From contig CAVSHO010000009.1 in the NCBI GenBank assembly GCA_963727825.1, positions 288,001 through 352,000 on the forward strand: a DNA stretch of 64,000 bases, in the 5' to 3' direction. The DNA is from Ignavibacteriota bacterium (GTDB lineage: Bacteria > Bacteroidota > Ignavibacteria > UBA10030). The position numbers were made by a program, and so were the translations under genes. Below the pieces are notes generated by a model. The model worked only from the letters and a program-made list of their open reading frames with translations. It searched no databases and was not told the origin of the DNA. Positions 48,842 to 59,132 of this stretch are shown here, in pieces (the first letter of the stretch is position 1; each line of letters opens with the position of its first letter).

Positions 48842-49213
48842 ATGGAACAAGATAGACGACATTACTATGGTCATCTCGGTATCGGACTTTTCTTATTGTT
48901 TGCCGGTATTGCATTGATGCTGGATAAATTCGATATTTTTAATGCTGGACCAGTTTGGCACTATTGGCCAATAATTATTATTGCTGTCGGATTGGGAAAA
49001 TTGTTGGATGCACAATTTGCGTGGGAATACCGAAAAGCTTGCTCGACACTTTTTATCGGAGCATGGTTCTTCATATCAGAATTACATATATTCGGGTTAG
49101 ATTATCATAACTCATGGCCAATTCTGCTTATCGGTGTTGGTATAGGCATGTTATGGAAATCTGCTTACCCTTCACATTTTAGATTTGCTAAGGATCACTG
49201 CAATGGAAACTAG
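48842..49213 (+). CDS. LiaF/LiaI-like membrane protein (DUF5668-like)
   Basis: Repeated WP.I.I..G TM units. Confidence 0.75.
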   Translation: MEQDRRHYYGHLGIGLFLLFAGIALMLDKFDIFNAGPVWHYWPIIIIAVGLGKLLDAQFAWEYRKACSTLFIGAWFFISELHIFGLDYHNSWPILLIGVGIGMLWKSAYPSHFRFAKDHCNGN

Positions 49214-49904
49214 ACAAAGTTTATTTTATGCTCCAAGGCTTATATTAGGGCTGGGGATTATTCTTATTGGCATTCTCTTCCTACTCGGCAACATGGACAT
49301 AATTGATCCGCATGACTATCTGCAGTATTGGCCGGTAATAATTATGATTATCGGAATAGCATACCTCATTCAATGTCAGCATGGCCCCGGACGGATCTGG
49401 GGTGCCATTCTAACTTTTGTTGGGGCGGCAATGTTGTTCGATCGAATGTATTTTATTCATTTCAGTTTGTGGGATTACTGGCCTCTCATTCTCGTCGTTG
49501 CAGGAATCATGATGATTGTAAGATCATTTTCACATCATCACCGAGTGCCTTTTTCAAATGTCGAGACTAATGACGCAAATTCCTTTATTAAAGCCGTTGC
49601 AATTATGGGTGGATTCAAGCGAATGAATAACTCTCAAGATTTTAAAGGTGGAGAATTTACTGCCATTATGGGCGGAATCGAACTCGATCTGCGAGACGCT
49701 TCTATTAAAGAAGAAGCTAGTATCGATGTCTTTACATTGATGGGTGGTATGTCTATGCGTATTCCGGAAGATTGGCTTGTCATCATCGACGTTTCTCCTT
49801 TTATGGGTGGATATGATGACAAAACTCGCCATCCGTTAGAAAACACAAAACGCCTCCTTATTAGAGGAACAACAATTATGGGCGGCATCGAGATTAAGAA
49901 CTAA
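49203..49904 (+). CDS. LiaF-like protein (TM domain plus MGG-repeat beta domain)
   Basis: YWPVI/YWPLI; AIMGG, ELDLRDA, MGGIEIKN. Confidence 0.8.
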   Translation: METRQSLFYAPRLILGLGIILIGILFLLGNMDIIDPHDYLQYWPVIIMIIGIAYLIQCQHGPGRIWGAILTFVGAAMLFDRMYFIHFSLWDYWPLILVVAGIMMIVRSFSHHHRVPFSNVETNDANSFIKAVAIMGGFKRMNNSQDFKGGEFTAIMGGIELDLRDASIKEEASIDVFTLMGGMSMRIPEDWLVIIDVSPFMGGYDDKTRHPLENTKRLLIRGTTIMGGIEIKN

Positions 49905-49906
49905 CC

Positions 49907-50965
49907 GTGCATCCGATTCTTTCCAACAGGCGAACGCTCGCCCTCTATCTTATCATCTGGTTATCTGTCGGACTGCTGATTGAAATACCGTTTATTTTTT
50001 CATACAAAAGCCAATGGGCAGCGTTTCTGTTATCCGATATACCACTGAATATTTTCTTTGCATTCATCTGCCTTTCTTCGTATTACCTGTGCAGAATTTT
50101 TCCCGTTAAAACAACACAATGGTATAATCTACTTTCTATGTTCATCGTAGCCGCTTTTATTGCAGCAGGCACTGAACTCGTTATTGGATACGGCTGGGTG
50201 CATTTAATTGATTCCTTAAAAATCGCTTCATCCATATCATCGCTTTACGAACCTTGGATTGCTGGAATTTTCAGCACACTCGTACTCATCTTTCTTCTTG
50301 TAGCATCCTTGCATTATGTCATAATCGGATTTGAACGGTCCAATGAATCTGAACGGCAAGCATTTGAGCTTAGATTGCTCGCGCAAGATGCGGAGCTTCG
50401 CGCACTTCGTGCTCAAATTGATCCCCATTTTCTTTTCAACAGCCTCAATTCAATTAGTGCTCTAACTACGAACGACCCGGCCAAGGCACGGACAATGACG
50501 TTAATGCTTGCAGATTTTTTTAGGAAGAGTCTCGAGCTTGGATCCCGCAGCAACATTCCTCTTAACGATGAGTTGGCACTCGCTTTTGAATTCCTAACCA
50601 TTGAGCAAGTAAGGTTTGGAGCACGATTAAAGGTCGAGCAGGATATAAAGGAAGAATGCCAAAAAGTTATGGTACCACCTCTTATCCTGCAGCCGCTTGT
50701 TGAGAATGCTGTTCGCCATGGTATTGCCCATTTAGTGAATGGCGGGACAATTCGGATTCATTGTGAAAGACACGGCGACCGGCTTATCATTCAAATCGAG
50801 AATCCTGTCGATATCGATCGGCCGCGCCGCAAAGGAAGTGGACTTGGATTGAAGAATGTCCGTTCGCGTCTCGACACTTTTTACGGTAATGAAGCTCGAG
50901 TGGATGTTGAGGAAACCAATACGTATTTTCAAATAAAGCTTTCATTTCCTATTCATAGGCAGTAA
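49907..50965 (+). CDS. LytS-type sensor histidine kinase
   Basis: LRAQIDPHFLFNSLN, LQPLVENAVRHG, GSGLGL.NV..RL. Confidence 0.93.
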   Translation: MHPILSNRRTLALYLIIWLSVGLLIEIPFIFSYKSQWAAFLLSDIPLNIFFAFICLSSYYLCRIFPVKTTQWYNLLSMFIVAAFIAAGTELVIGYGWVHLIDSLKIASSISSLYEPWIAGIFSTLVLIFLLVASLHYVIIGFERSNESERQAFELRLLAQDAELRALRAQIDPHFLFNSLNSISALTTNDPAKARTMTLMLADFFRKSLELGSRSNIPLNDELALAFEFLTIEQVRFGARLKVEQDIKEECQKVMVPPLILQPLVENAVRHGIAHLVNGGTIRIHCERHGDRLIIQIENPVDIDRPRRKGSGLGLKNVRSRLDTFYGNEARVDVEETNTYFQIKLSFPIHRQ

Positions 50966-50968
50966 ACC

Positions 50969-51721
50969 ATGTCATCAAAAAACAACAGTATCCGCACAAT
51001 CATCGTAGATGACGAAGAACCAGCACAGCTTGTTCTGCGAGAATTTCTTTCTGCTCACGAGGAAATCAAGATCATTGCTGAATGTTCCAACGGATTTGAC
51101 GCCGTGAAAGCTATAACCGAATCCAAACCCGACCTTGTCATACTCGATATCCAAATGCCAAAGCTGAACGGTTTTGAAGTGCTAGAACTTGTCGAACAAC
51201 CGCCATCTATCATCTTTGCAACTGCTTACAATCAGTATGCTATAAAAGCTTTTGAAGTTCATGCTGTGGATTATCTTCTTAAGCCCTTCAGTAAAGAACG
51301 ATTGGCAGAGGCACTGGAACATGTTAAAGAACGATTAAAGAAGAAAATATTTATTCCCATTCAAGATATCGCTTCCGCCGCAGGAATGAAACTATCTCCC
51401 TTGGAAAGAATTCTAGTGAAGGATGGCTCTAAGGTGCATGTCATTCCAGTAGATAAAATAGATTACATCGAAGCACAGGATGATTACGTGGCAATTAAGT
51501 CGGATGGTAAAACACATTTGAAGCAGGAACGCATGGCCGAATTAGAAAAAGAATTGGATACATCTAAATTCGTCAGAGTCCACCGATCATATATTATAAA
51601 CCTCGAACGCATCGCCCGCATTGAGCTTTATGCGAAAGACAGCCGCATGGCAATTCTGAAAGATGGAACGAAACTCCTTATCAGCCGTGCCGGATATGAT
51701 AAGTTGAAAGGATTGTTGTAG
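50969..51721 (+). CDS. LytTR response regulator
   Basis: VDDE, LDIQMP, DYLLKP, FVRVHRSY. Confidence 0.95.
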   Translation: MSSKNNSIRTIIVDDEEPAQLVLREFLSAHEEIKIIAECSNGFDAVKAITESKPDLVILDIQMPKLNGFEVLELVEQPPSIIFATAYNQYAIKAFEVHAVDYLLKPFSKERLAEALEHVKERLKKKIFIPIQDIASAAGMKLSPLERILVKDGSKVHVIPVDKIDYIEAQDDYVAIKSDGKTHLKQERMAELEKELDTSKFVRVHRSYIINLERIARIELYAKDSRMAILKDGTKLLISRAGYDKLKGLL

Positions 51722-51893
51722 CAACAATTTCCGATCTTCAGCATCCCTTTTATCACAATGCCGTCTTTAAAAAGAAATCTTTGGACACATTCCCGATCAC
51801 TTCTCTTAGTACTAATCCTTTTATTATCATTGCACTTCCTATCCTTTTTGCCGAGATTTCATAAACCATAACAAGAATAAATAGGGTGGTAAA

Positions 51894-52367
51894 ATGAAAA
51901 TGATAATTAATATATTGATACTTATGATTATTCCACTAGCGTTTGCAATAGGACAGGAAAAGACCGACGAAGCAGCATTGTTGATGCAGCTCGACCGTGA
52001 TTTTGATATAGCCACTGCCGAAAAAGGCGTCGATGGCTGGGTAGCGTACTTCGCACCCAACGGCTCAATGTTAAGCGACACAAGCAAGCCGAAAACAGGT
52101 CCCGCCGAAATTCGTGCAGAGATGGCACCTGTTTTTAAAGATTCGACTTTTTCCCTCCGCTGGCATCCTACAAAAGGTGAAATAATGATCCCCGGCGTTA
52201 TCGGGTATACTGTAGGCAGGTGGGAAAGAATACGAAAGAACGAAGAAGGCAAATGGATGAAATTCACCGGCACATACTCGACCACTTGGAAGAAACAGCC
52301 GGATAGTTCTTGGAAGATCGTTCTTGATTCCGGTATTTCAGATGGGCCGCCTGTAGAAGTGAAATGA
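51894..52367 (+). CDS. Exported NTF2-like (DUF4440) protein
   Basis: Signal peptide; G.Y.T.WKKQPD..WKIVLD.G. Confidence 0.8.
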   Translation: MKMIINILILMIIPLAFAIGQEKTDEAALLMQLDRDFDIATAEKGVDGWVAYFAPNGSMLSDTSKPKTGPAEIRAEMAPVFKDSTFSLRWHPTKGEIMIPGVIGYTVGRWERIRKNEEGKWMKFTGTYSTTWKKQPDSSWKIVLDSGISDGPPVEVK

Positions 52368-52393
52368 AATATTTAAAACTATAAGAATGAAAA

Positions 52394-53839
52394 ATGGATA
52401 AAGAAACTTTTGGCGGAATGAATCCCGAAGAATTTCGCAAGATCGGAAAAGAACTTGTGGATTGGATTGCCGATTATCTGAATAATGCAGAAATATATCC
52501 GGTGTTTTCACAAGTAAAACCAGGCGACATAAAAAAACAATTGCCCGCGGCACCGCCTACATCACCGGAGAAAATGGAAACTATTCTTGCGGACTTCAAT
52601 CGTATCATACTTCCCGGCATCACGCACTGGAATCATCCCGGTTTCCTTGCATATTTTGCCAACAGTGCTTCGGCACCAGGAATTCTAGCGGAGATGCTTG
52701 CCACTGCATTGAATGTCAACGGGATGCTATGGCGAACCTCTCCTTCTGCAACAGAGTTGGAAGAAGTCGTGACCGACTGGCTGAGGCAAATGCTCGGACT
52801 GCCGGCGGAGTTTCACGGCGTAATCATTGATACGGCATCTGTTTCCACACTTGTTGCACTGACGGCGGCGCGTGAAGCAGTGCATAAGCAGGTTCGCGAA
52901 CAAGGTTTATCCGGACGGACAGATCTGCCTCGACTTCGTTTATATTGTTCCGAGCATGGGCATTCTTCTATTGAAAAAGCCGCAATCATACTTGGTATTG
53001 GACAAGAAGGTGTACATAAGATTTCGTCCGATGCAGAATTTAGAATGAATGCGAAAGCACTCGCTGCCGCCATCGAGGAAGATAAGAAAAACGGATGGCT
53101 TCCCTTTGCTGTAGTCGCAACTGTTGGAACAACTTCAACGACCAGTATCGATCCCATACCGGCAATTGCCGATATTTGTCAGAAAGAAAAAATTTGGCTT
53201 CATGTGGATGGCGCTTACGGCGGAGCTGCAGCAATTATGCCGGAGATGCGTAATGTTCTTGACGGCTGCGATCGCGCCGATTCCTTCGTCACAAACCCGC
53301 ACAAGTGGCTCTTCACACCGATGGATTGCAGTGTGCTCTTCACACGACACGTCGGTACTCTGAAGCAAGCATTCAGTCTTGTGCCGGAGTATCTCAAAAC
53401 CACTGATGGTGAAGTAAACAATTACATGGATTGGGGTGTTCAGCTTGGCCGCAGATTCCGCGCACTGAAACTTTGGTTTATTATTCGTTCGTTTGGCGTT
53501 GATGGACTCGCATCGCGGCTTCGTGAACATTGCCGTCTAGCGCAGGAGTTTGCGTCTTGGGTCGATGCAGAAAAAGATTTTGAGCGGCTCGCGCCGGTTC
53601 CGTTCAGTGTCGTTTGTTTCCGTTATCATCCAAGTGGAATTTCAGATGAAACAAAGCTCGAGCAATTCAATTCACAGATTATAGAACAAGTAAATGCAAC
53701 GGGCGAGGCATTTCTTTCCCACACAAAGCTGAATGGCCGTTTCACCATCCGGATTGCTATTGGGAATCTTTCTACCGCCGAAAAGCATATTGCACGAGCG
53801 TGGGAATTGATAAAAATTGAAAGCGCTAAATTGAAATAG
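52394..53839 (+). CDS. Group II PLP decarboxylase, aromatic L-amino acid decarboxylase-like
   Basis: THWNHP.F.AYF, SPSATELE, HSSIEKA, HVDGAY, NPHKW, LGRRFRALKLW. Confidence 0.9.
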   Translation: MDKETFGGMNPEEFRKIGKELVDWIADYLNNAEIYPVFSQVKPGDIKKQLPAAPPTSPEKMETILADFNRIILPGITHWNHPGFLAYFANSASAPGILAEMLATALNVNGMLWRTSPSATELEEVVTDWLRQMLGLPAEFHGVIIDTASVSTLVALTAAREAVHKQVREQGLSGRTDLPRLRLYCSEHGHSSIEKAAIILGIGQEGVHKISSDAEFRMNAKALAAAIEEDKKNGWLPFAVVATVGTTSTTSIDPIPAIADICQKEKIWLHVDGAYGGAAAIMPEMRNVLDGCDRADSFVTNPHKWLFTPMDCSVLFTRHVGTLKQAFSLVPEYLKTTDGEVNNYMDWGVQLGRRFRALKLWFIIRSFGVDGLASRLREHCRLAQEFASWVDAEKDFERLAPVPFSVVCFRYHPSGISDETKLEQFNSQIIEQVNATGEAFLSHTKLNGRFTIRIAIGNLSTAEKHIARAWELIKIESAKLK

Positions 53840-53945
53840 GGGGCAATTCAAATCCAATAAGGCATCATAATGGGCTTGCGCTTCAGCAATCCTCTCCATA
53901 GATTACCTTTAAGTCCTTCCATTCTTACTTTAAAAAGGAGTATTT

Positions 53946-55622
53946 ATGAAACCCATTATTCTTTTTCTTCCTATTCTCTTCTCGTTTGCATTGATATCCT
54001 GCTCTATGCATAACGATGAGAAAGATTTTCGTGCTTTTATTGAGCAGCATGTTAAAATCTATGCGCCAAAATTTAAATCGATGAATCTTGCTGATTGGAA
54101 TGCCAACGCAACCGGTGAAAAGAAATTTTACGAAGAGAAAGCTGCGCTCGAGATAGAGATCAGAAAAATCTATTCTAATAAGCAGGAATTCGAACAACTT
54201 AAAAAATGGAAAGAGTCAGGAAATATCAAAGACTCACTTCTTCAACGTCAATTAATCATTCTCTTCAATAATTATCTCACAAATCAAGTAGATACAACAT
54301 TAACACGAAAAATGGTGGAAAAAAGCTCGGCAATTGCAAATAAATTTAACATCTTTCGTCCTGTCCTCGATGGCAAAGAGGTTGATGATAATACCATCGA
54401 GAATATTTTAAAGAATGAGAAGAATTCTGCCAAACGGAAAAAAGCATGGGAAGCAAGCAAAGAAGTTGGTAAAGCTGTTGCCTCTAATGTTATAGAATTA
54501 GTGAAGCTGCGAAATGAAGCCGCGCGTCAGCTGGGTTATAAAAATTATTACGAAATGTCCTTAGCAACAAACGAACAAACGGTTGATGAAATTGTTGCAA
54601 TCTTCGATGAATTAAAAACTTTAACCGATGAGCCGTTCAAAAAACTGAAATCAGAGATTGATGCTGAACTGGCAAAAAAATACGGCATAAAACCATCACA
54701 AATGATGCCTTGGCATTATCAAGATCGGTTTTTCCAGGAAGCGCCGCAAATCGGTTCCATCGATCTTGATAAATATTTCAAGGGAAAGAAAGTTGATGAA
54801 CTTGGGAGGACATTTTATGCCAACATCGGTCTGCCAGTTGACGACATTCTTAAGAACAGCGACATCTTCGGACGCAAAGGAAAATACCAGCATGCATTTG
54901 AGAATGATATGGATCGCGAGGGAGATATCCGCGTTATGCTGAGTATCATCGATAACCTAAATTGGATGAGCACGATGCTGCATGAATTAGGACATGCCGT
55001 CTACAGTAAAAATATCGCAAGAGATCTTCCATTCCTACTTCGTGTCGAAACACATACGTTTGTAACCGAAGCAATTGCAATGTTAATGGAACGGCAGCCA
55101 AGCAATGCCGATTGGCTACAAGCAATGGTTGGAATTCCTGATAAGGAAAAAGAAATGATCAGGAAAACCGGAGAAGAAAATTTACGTATGCATGCATTGA
55201 TTTTTTGCCGATGGACGCAAGTGATGATGAGGTTTGAGAAAGCGATGTATGAAAATCCAGATCAAGACTTGAATAAACTCTGGTGGAATTTAGTCCAGCA
55301 ATATCAAATGATTACGCCGCCTGAAGGGCGCAATGCGCCAGATTGGGCTTCAAAAATTCATTTAGTGCAGTATCCAGCGTATTATCATAATTATGAGCTT
55401 GGCGAATTAACTGCTTCACAATTGCAGCATTATATCGCGAAAAATGTTTTGAAACAAGAAAGTATTAAGGAGGTTTGCTTCGCTAATAAGCCTGAAGTCG
55501 GGACATACTTGAAAGAAAAGGTATTTGCACCTGGCGCCAGCTTGCGATGGGATGCTTTAATAAAAGAAGCAACAGGCGAGCCATTATCAGCTAAGGCCTT
55601 TGCAGATGAATATATGAAGTGA
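53946..55622 (+). CDS. M3/M2-type gluzincin metallopeptidase lipoprotein
   Basis: Lipobox LISC, HELGH, TEAIA, YYHNY. Confidence 0.85.
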   Translation: MKPIILFLPILFSFALISCSMHNDEKDFRAFIEQHVKIYAPKFKSMNLADWNANATGEKKFYEEKAALEIEIRKIYSNKQEFEQLKKWKESGNIKDSLLQRQLIILFNNYLTNQVDTTLTRKMVEKSSAIANKFNIFRPVLDGKEVDDNTIENILKNEKNSAKRKKAWEASKEVGKAVASNVIELVKLRNEAARQLGYKNYYEMSLATNEQTVDEIVAIFDELKTLTDEPFKKLKSEIDAELAKKYGIKPSQMMPWHYQDRFFQEAPQIGSIDLDKYFKGKKVDELGRTFYANIGLPVDDILKNSDIFGRKGKYQHAFENDMDREGDIRVMLSIIDNLNWMSTMLHELGHAVYSKNIARDLPFLLRVETHTFVTEAIAMLMERQPSNADWLQAMVGIPDKEKEMIRKTGEENLRMHALIFCRWTQVMMRFEKAMYENPDQDLNKLWWNLVQQYQMITPPEGRNAPDWASKIHLVQYPAYYHNYELGELTASQLQHYIAKNVLKQESIKEVCFANKPEVGTYLKEKVFAPGASLRWDALIKEATGEPLSAKAFADEYMK

Positions 55623-55636
55623 ATATTCATTAAAAC

Positions 55637-55668
55637 GATCAGACGAGATCACGCGATCTCGTCTGATC
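55637..55668. repeat. Perfect 14-bp hairpin without U-tract
   Basis: GATCAGACGAGATC-acgc-GATCTCGTCTGATC. Confidence 0.65.
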
Positions 55669-55725
55669 AACTTAATATATAGTGTTTCAGATAACCAATG
55701 TTTAATCATCTATAAGGAGACTACC

Positions 55726-56592
55726 ATGGAAGGGTTGTATATTATTGTCGGCATCGTTATTGTCCTTTTTTTCTTTTTTGGAATAAGAATTATTCGTCCG
55801 ACGCATCGCGGATTGGTAGAACGACTCGGAAAATATAGTCACTTTGCTCACCCCGGATTTAACTGGATCATTCCCGGCATTGACAAGATGTATCAAGTTA
55901 ATATTACAGAACAAATGGTCGACGCCGAGCCGCAGGAAATAATTACCAACGATAATCTGAACGCTGTTGTAGATGCACAAGTATATTTTAAAGTGAAAGA
56001 CGATGAACAAAGCGTCAAGAATTCACAGTACAATGTAAATAATGTCAATTTCCAGATTGTGAATCTTGCACGCACCACACTCCGCAACATTATCGGCACG
56101 CTGACATTAAAATCAGCCAATAGTGAGCGCGGCCGTATCAACGATGAACTTCATAAGATTCTGATTAAGGAGACAACGAATTGGGGTATTGACATTGTTC
56201 GTGCCGAGTTGAAACAGATCGATCCTCCCAAAGACGTTCAGGAGACAATGAACAAGATCGTCAAGGCGGAAAATGAAAAACTTGCAGCAGTCGATTTTGC
56301 CACCGCTGCAGAAACTGCCGCAGACGGTAAGAAGCGCGCCGCTATAAAAGAAGCGGAAGGAATTCGTCAGGCAAGGATTCTTGCGTCTGAGGGAGAAGCT
56401 GAAGCTATACGGTTGGTCAATGAAGCCGCAGAAAAATATTTTGTCGGAAATGCACAATTACTAAAAAGGCTTGAGACAGTTCAAGTTTCACTGCAGAACA
56501 ATGCAAAAATTGTTGTACCGGCAAACACCGAACTGGTTAATGTTATCGGTGAAATGGCTGGCGGTATTTTACCGCTGAAGAAAGAAAAGTAG
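55726..56592 (+). CDS. SPFH/band-7 (stomatin-like) protein
   Basis: VERLGKY, QEIITNDN, TTLRNIIG, AEG repeats. Confidence 0.92.
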   Translation: MEGLYIIVGIVIVLFFFFGIRIIRPTHRGLVERLGKYSHFAHPGFNWIIPGIDKMYQVNITEQMVDAEPQEIITNDNLNAVVDAQVYFKVKDDEQSVKNSQYNVNNVNFQIVNLARTTLRNIIGTLTLKSANSERGRINDELHKILIKETTNWGIDIVRAELKQIDPPKDVQETMNKIVKAENEKLAAVDFATAAETAADGKKRAAIKEAEGIRQARILASEGEAEAIRLVNEAAEKYFVGNAQLLKRLETVQVSLQNNAKIVVPANTELVNVIGEMAGGILPLKKEK

Positions 56593-56652
56593 TAAGTATT
56601 GACATGCGAGGCACAATCCAAAGTGCCTCGCACTATTAATTTTGAGAAAAAT

Positions 56653-57123
56653 ATGGATATCACAATACGCAGCGTACAATTCCAGGATGCTGAAGATATA
56701 ACCAGTATTATCCGAGATGTCGGCTGGTTCGAACATTTGAAATCTGAATCCGCTCAAACAACGGTAGAGCGTGTCCGTCAGCATATTTCACTCTGTCTCG
56801 CGGATGACAGTCATTCTACTTTCGTCGCGGAAAATGAAAAACATAAAGTCATCGGATATTCCTCCGTGCATTATCTTCCCTATTTTTTTCTACCCGGACC
56901 GGAGGGATATATTTCTGAACTTTTTATTTCTACAGAAGCTCGCGGACAAGGTATTGGCACAGCATTGCTGGAACAAATTATTGCAGAAGCACGAAGACGC
57001 GGCTGCGCACGCCTATCGCTCATTAATAGCCGCACTCGTGAATCATACCGGCGCAAGTTCTACGAACAGCACGGCTGGAACGAACGCACTGAAATAGCGG
57101 CATTTGTTTTACCGTTGATTTAA
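56653..57123 (+). CDS. GNAT acetyltransferase
   Basis: ARGQGIGTALL, KFYEQHGW. Confidence 0.88.
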   Translation: MDITIRSVQFQDAEDITSIIRDVGWFEHLKSESAQTTVERVRQHISLCLADDSHSTFVAENEKHKVIGYSSVHYLPYFFLPGPEGYISELFISTEARGQGIGTALLEQIIAEARRRGCARLSLINSRTRESYRRKFYEQHGWNERTEIAAFVLPLI

Positions 57124-57243
57124 AGCACTATCACATCTTCAATTTAATTGTGCATTGCGCTTCAAGCTACAAATTGTTAGCTTATTTCTATCTGAATTGC
57201 ATTTGTATTTAAATTAGAAAAACTGTGCAGGTTATTTAAGACG

Positions 57244-57897
57244 ATGCCGAATACCATACTTATTATAGATGATAATGTTGAATTCGTCTCTTTGTTACAG
57301 ATGCAATTAAAAATGGATGGATATATTGTAACTTCCGCACTGGATCCGATCAAAGGCTGGAAAGAAATGGAACGATGCCTACCAGATATTATTCTTGTTG
57401 ATTGGGAGATGCCGGAAATGAGCGGCATAGAATTAATAAAGCTCATTAAAGCTGATGCCATCCACCGCAGTCGCTATGTCATAATGATTACTGGCCATTT
57501 TGGAACGAAGGACATCGTGCTTGGATTAGATGCAGGTGCAGATGATTATCTTCATAAACCTTTTGAGACCGACGAATTGTTGGCAAGGATTCGTTCGGGA
57601 TTGCGTATCCGCTCGTTAGAGGAGCGCATTTCGGAAGAGACAAAACGATTAACTGCACTGGAAATGGCGCTCTCTGCTACAGATAAAATTGGCAATCCAA
57701 TTGCTGCCGCAAAAATCTATCAACAATTATTGATGAAAAATAAGGGTATTGCCAACCTTGCGGAAGTTTTAGATTCACTTAAAACGATTGGCAATCTTTT
57801 AGATGAAGCTCTTAATCTTATCAATAAGCTTCGTCCTTTAGATTCACTGAAATCGATTCCGGTATCGGATAGCACAACAACGATCACCCCGGAATAA
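57244..57897 (+). CDS. Response regulator: receiver plus degenerate HisKA-like helices
   Basis: IDDN, VDWEMP, GADDYLHKPF; C-terminal ATDKIGNPI. Confidence 0.85.
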   Translation: MPNTILIIDDNVEFVSLLQMQLKMDGYIVTSALDPIKGWKEMERCLPDIILVDWEMPEMSGIELIKLIKADAIHRSRYVIMITGHFGTKDIVLGLDAGADDYLHKPFETDELLARIRSGLRIRSLEERISEETKRLTALEMALSATDKIGNPIAAAKIYQQLLMKNKGIANLAEVLDSLKTIGNLLDEALNLINKLRPLDSLKSIPVSDSTTTITPE

Positions 57898-57972
57898 CAA
57901 TATTATAACTTCAAAGAATAAAAAGATCAAACCGATAGAACAACATAAACACTGATTTCTGTTGGAGTATCT

Positions 57973-58998
57973 ATGTCAATTAAGACTATCCTTATAACCG
58001 GTGCTAACGGTGAAATCGGTCACGGACTGATTGAACAACTATCTGAGCTGGACGGAGTGCATATTGTTGCAATGGATATTGTTCCCTTAGATGAATCAGT
58101 GCGATCACGTTGTCATCGGATTGTTACAGGAGATATATTAGATTCACATTTACTCGAAACACTTTCAACTGAACATAACTTCGATACCATTTATCACCTC
58201 GCTGCATTGCTTTCTACACGAGCCGAACGCCAGCCAAATTTGGCGCATCGTGTGAATGTCGACGGTTCGCTGAATCTTCTGGAAATTGCCGTCACACAAT
58301 CGCATTTGCAAGGACGCGAAATTAAATTTATCTATCCGAGTTCTATCGCCGTTTATGGCCTTCCCGATATCACAACGAAACAGCGTGCCGGCAAAGTCAA
58401 AGAAGATCAATGGCTGACACCAAGAACCATGTACGGCATTAACAAACTATACACCGAACAGCTTGGCAGATACTATGCAAATTTCTATCGCCAATTAGAT
58501 GCAGAGCCTCCAAAAGGACAGGTTGACTTTCGTAGTGTCCGCTTCCCGGGATTAATCAGCGCTGCAACTCTGCCTACAGGAGGAACAAGTGACTATGCCC
58601 CCGAGATGCTACATATGGTGGCAAAGAATAAACCTTACACTTGTTTCGTTCGTGAGAATACACGCATAGCGTTTATGGCAATGCCGGATGCTATAACCGC
58701 ATTGCTGAAACTTCAATCTACTCCGCGCGAAAAACTGACAAGGATGATCTATAACGTAGGCGCTTTCAATCCGTCTGCTTTGGAGATATTCCAAATAATT
58801 CAGAAGGCATTTCCGAAAGCGGACGTTACATTTGCATCTGATTATAGGCGTCAGGCAATAATAGACAGTTGGCCTGCAGACGTGGATGATTCTGCAGCAC
58901 GCACTGATTGGGGCTGGCAGCCGAAGTACGATATGGAACTAGCATTTGCAGAATATTTAATTCCCGCGGTACAGAAGCGATATGCTATTAACGGATAA
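57973..58998 (+). CDS. Extended SDR, likely L-threonine 3-dehydrogenase
   Basis: TGANGEIG, HLAALLS, MYGINK, GGTSDYA, IIDSWP. Confidence 0.8.
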   Translation: MSIKTILITGANGEIGHGLIEQLSELDGVHIVAMDIVPLDESVRSRCHRIVTGDILDSHLLETLSTEHNFDTIYHLAALLSTRAERQPNLAHRVNVDGSLNLLEIAVTQSHLQGREIKFIYPSSIAVYGLPDITTKQRAGKVKEDQWLTPRTMYGINKLYTEQLGRYYANFYRQLDAEPPKGQVDFRSVRFPGLISAATLPTGGTSDYAPEMLHMVAKNKPYTCFVRENTRIAFMAMPDAITALLKLQSTPREKLTRMIYNVGAFNPSALEIFQIIQKAFPKADVTFASDYRRQAIIDSWPADVDDSAARTDWGWQPKYDMELAFAEYLIPAVQKRYAING

Positions 58999-59132
58999 CC
59001 ACCCTTCCTTCTAAAAACCAAGAACAGATTATAAATCCTTTTATTCTATCTGGAATTATTGCTAAAAATTGATTTAATTAGATACAGTGTTAACAATATT
59101 CACTAAGATAAAAAAATAGAGAATTCAATATC

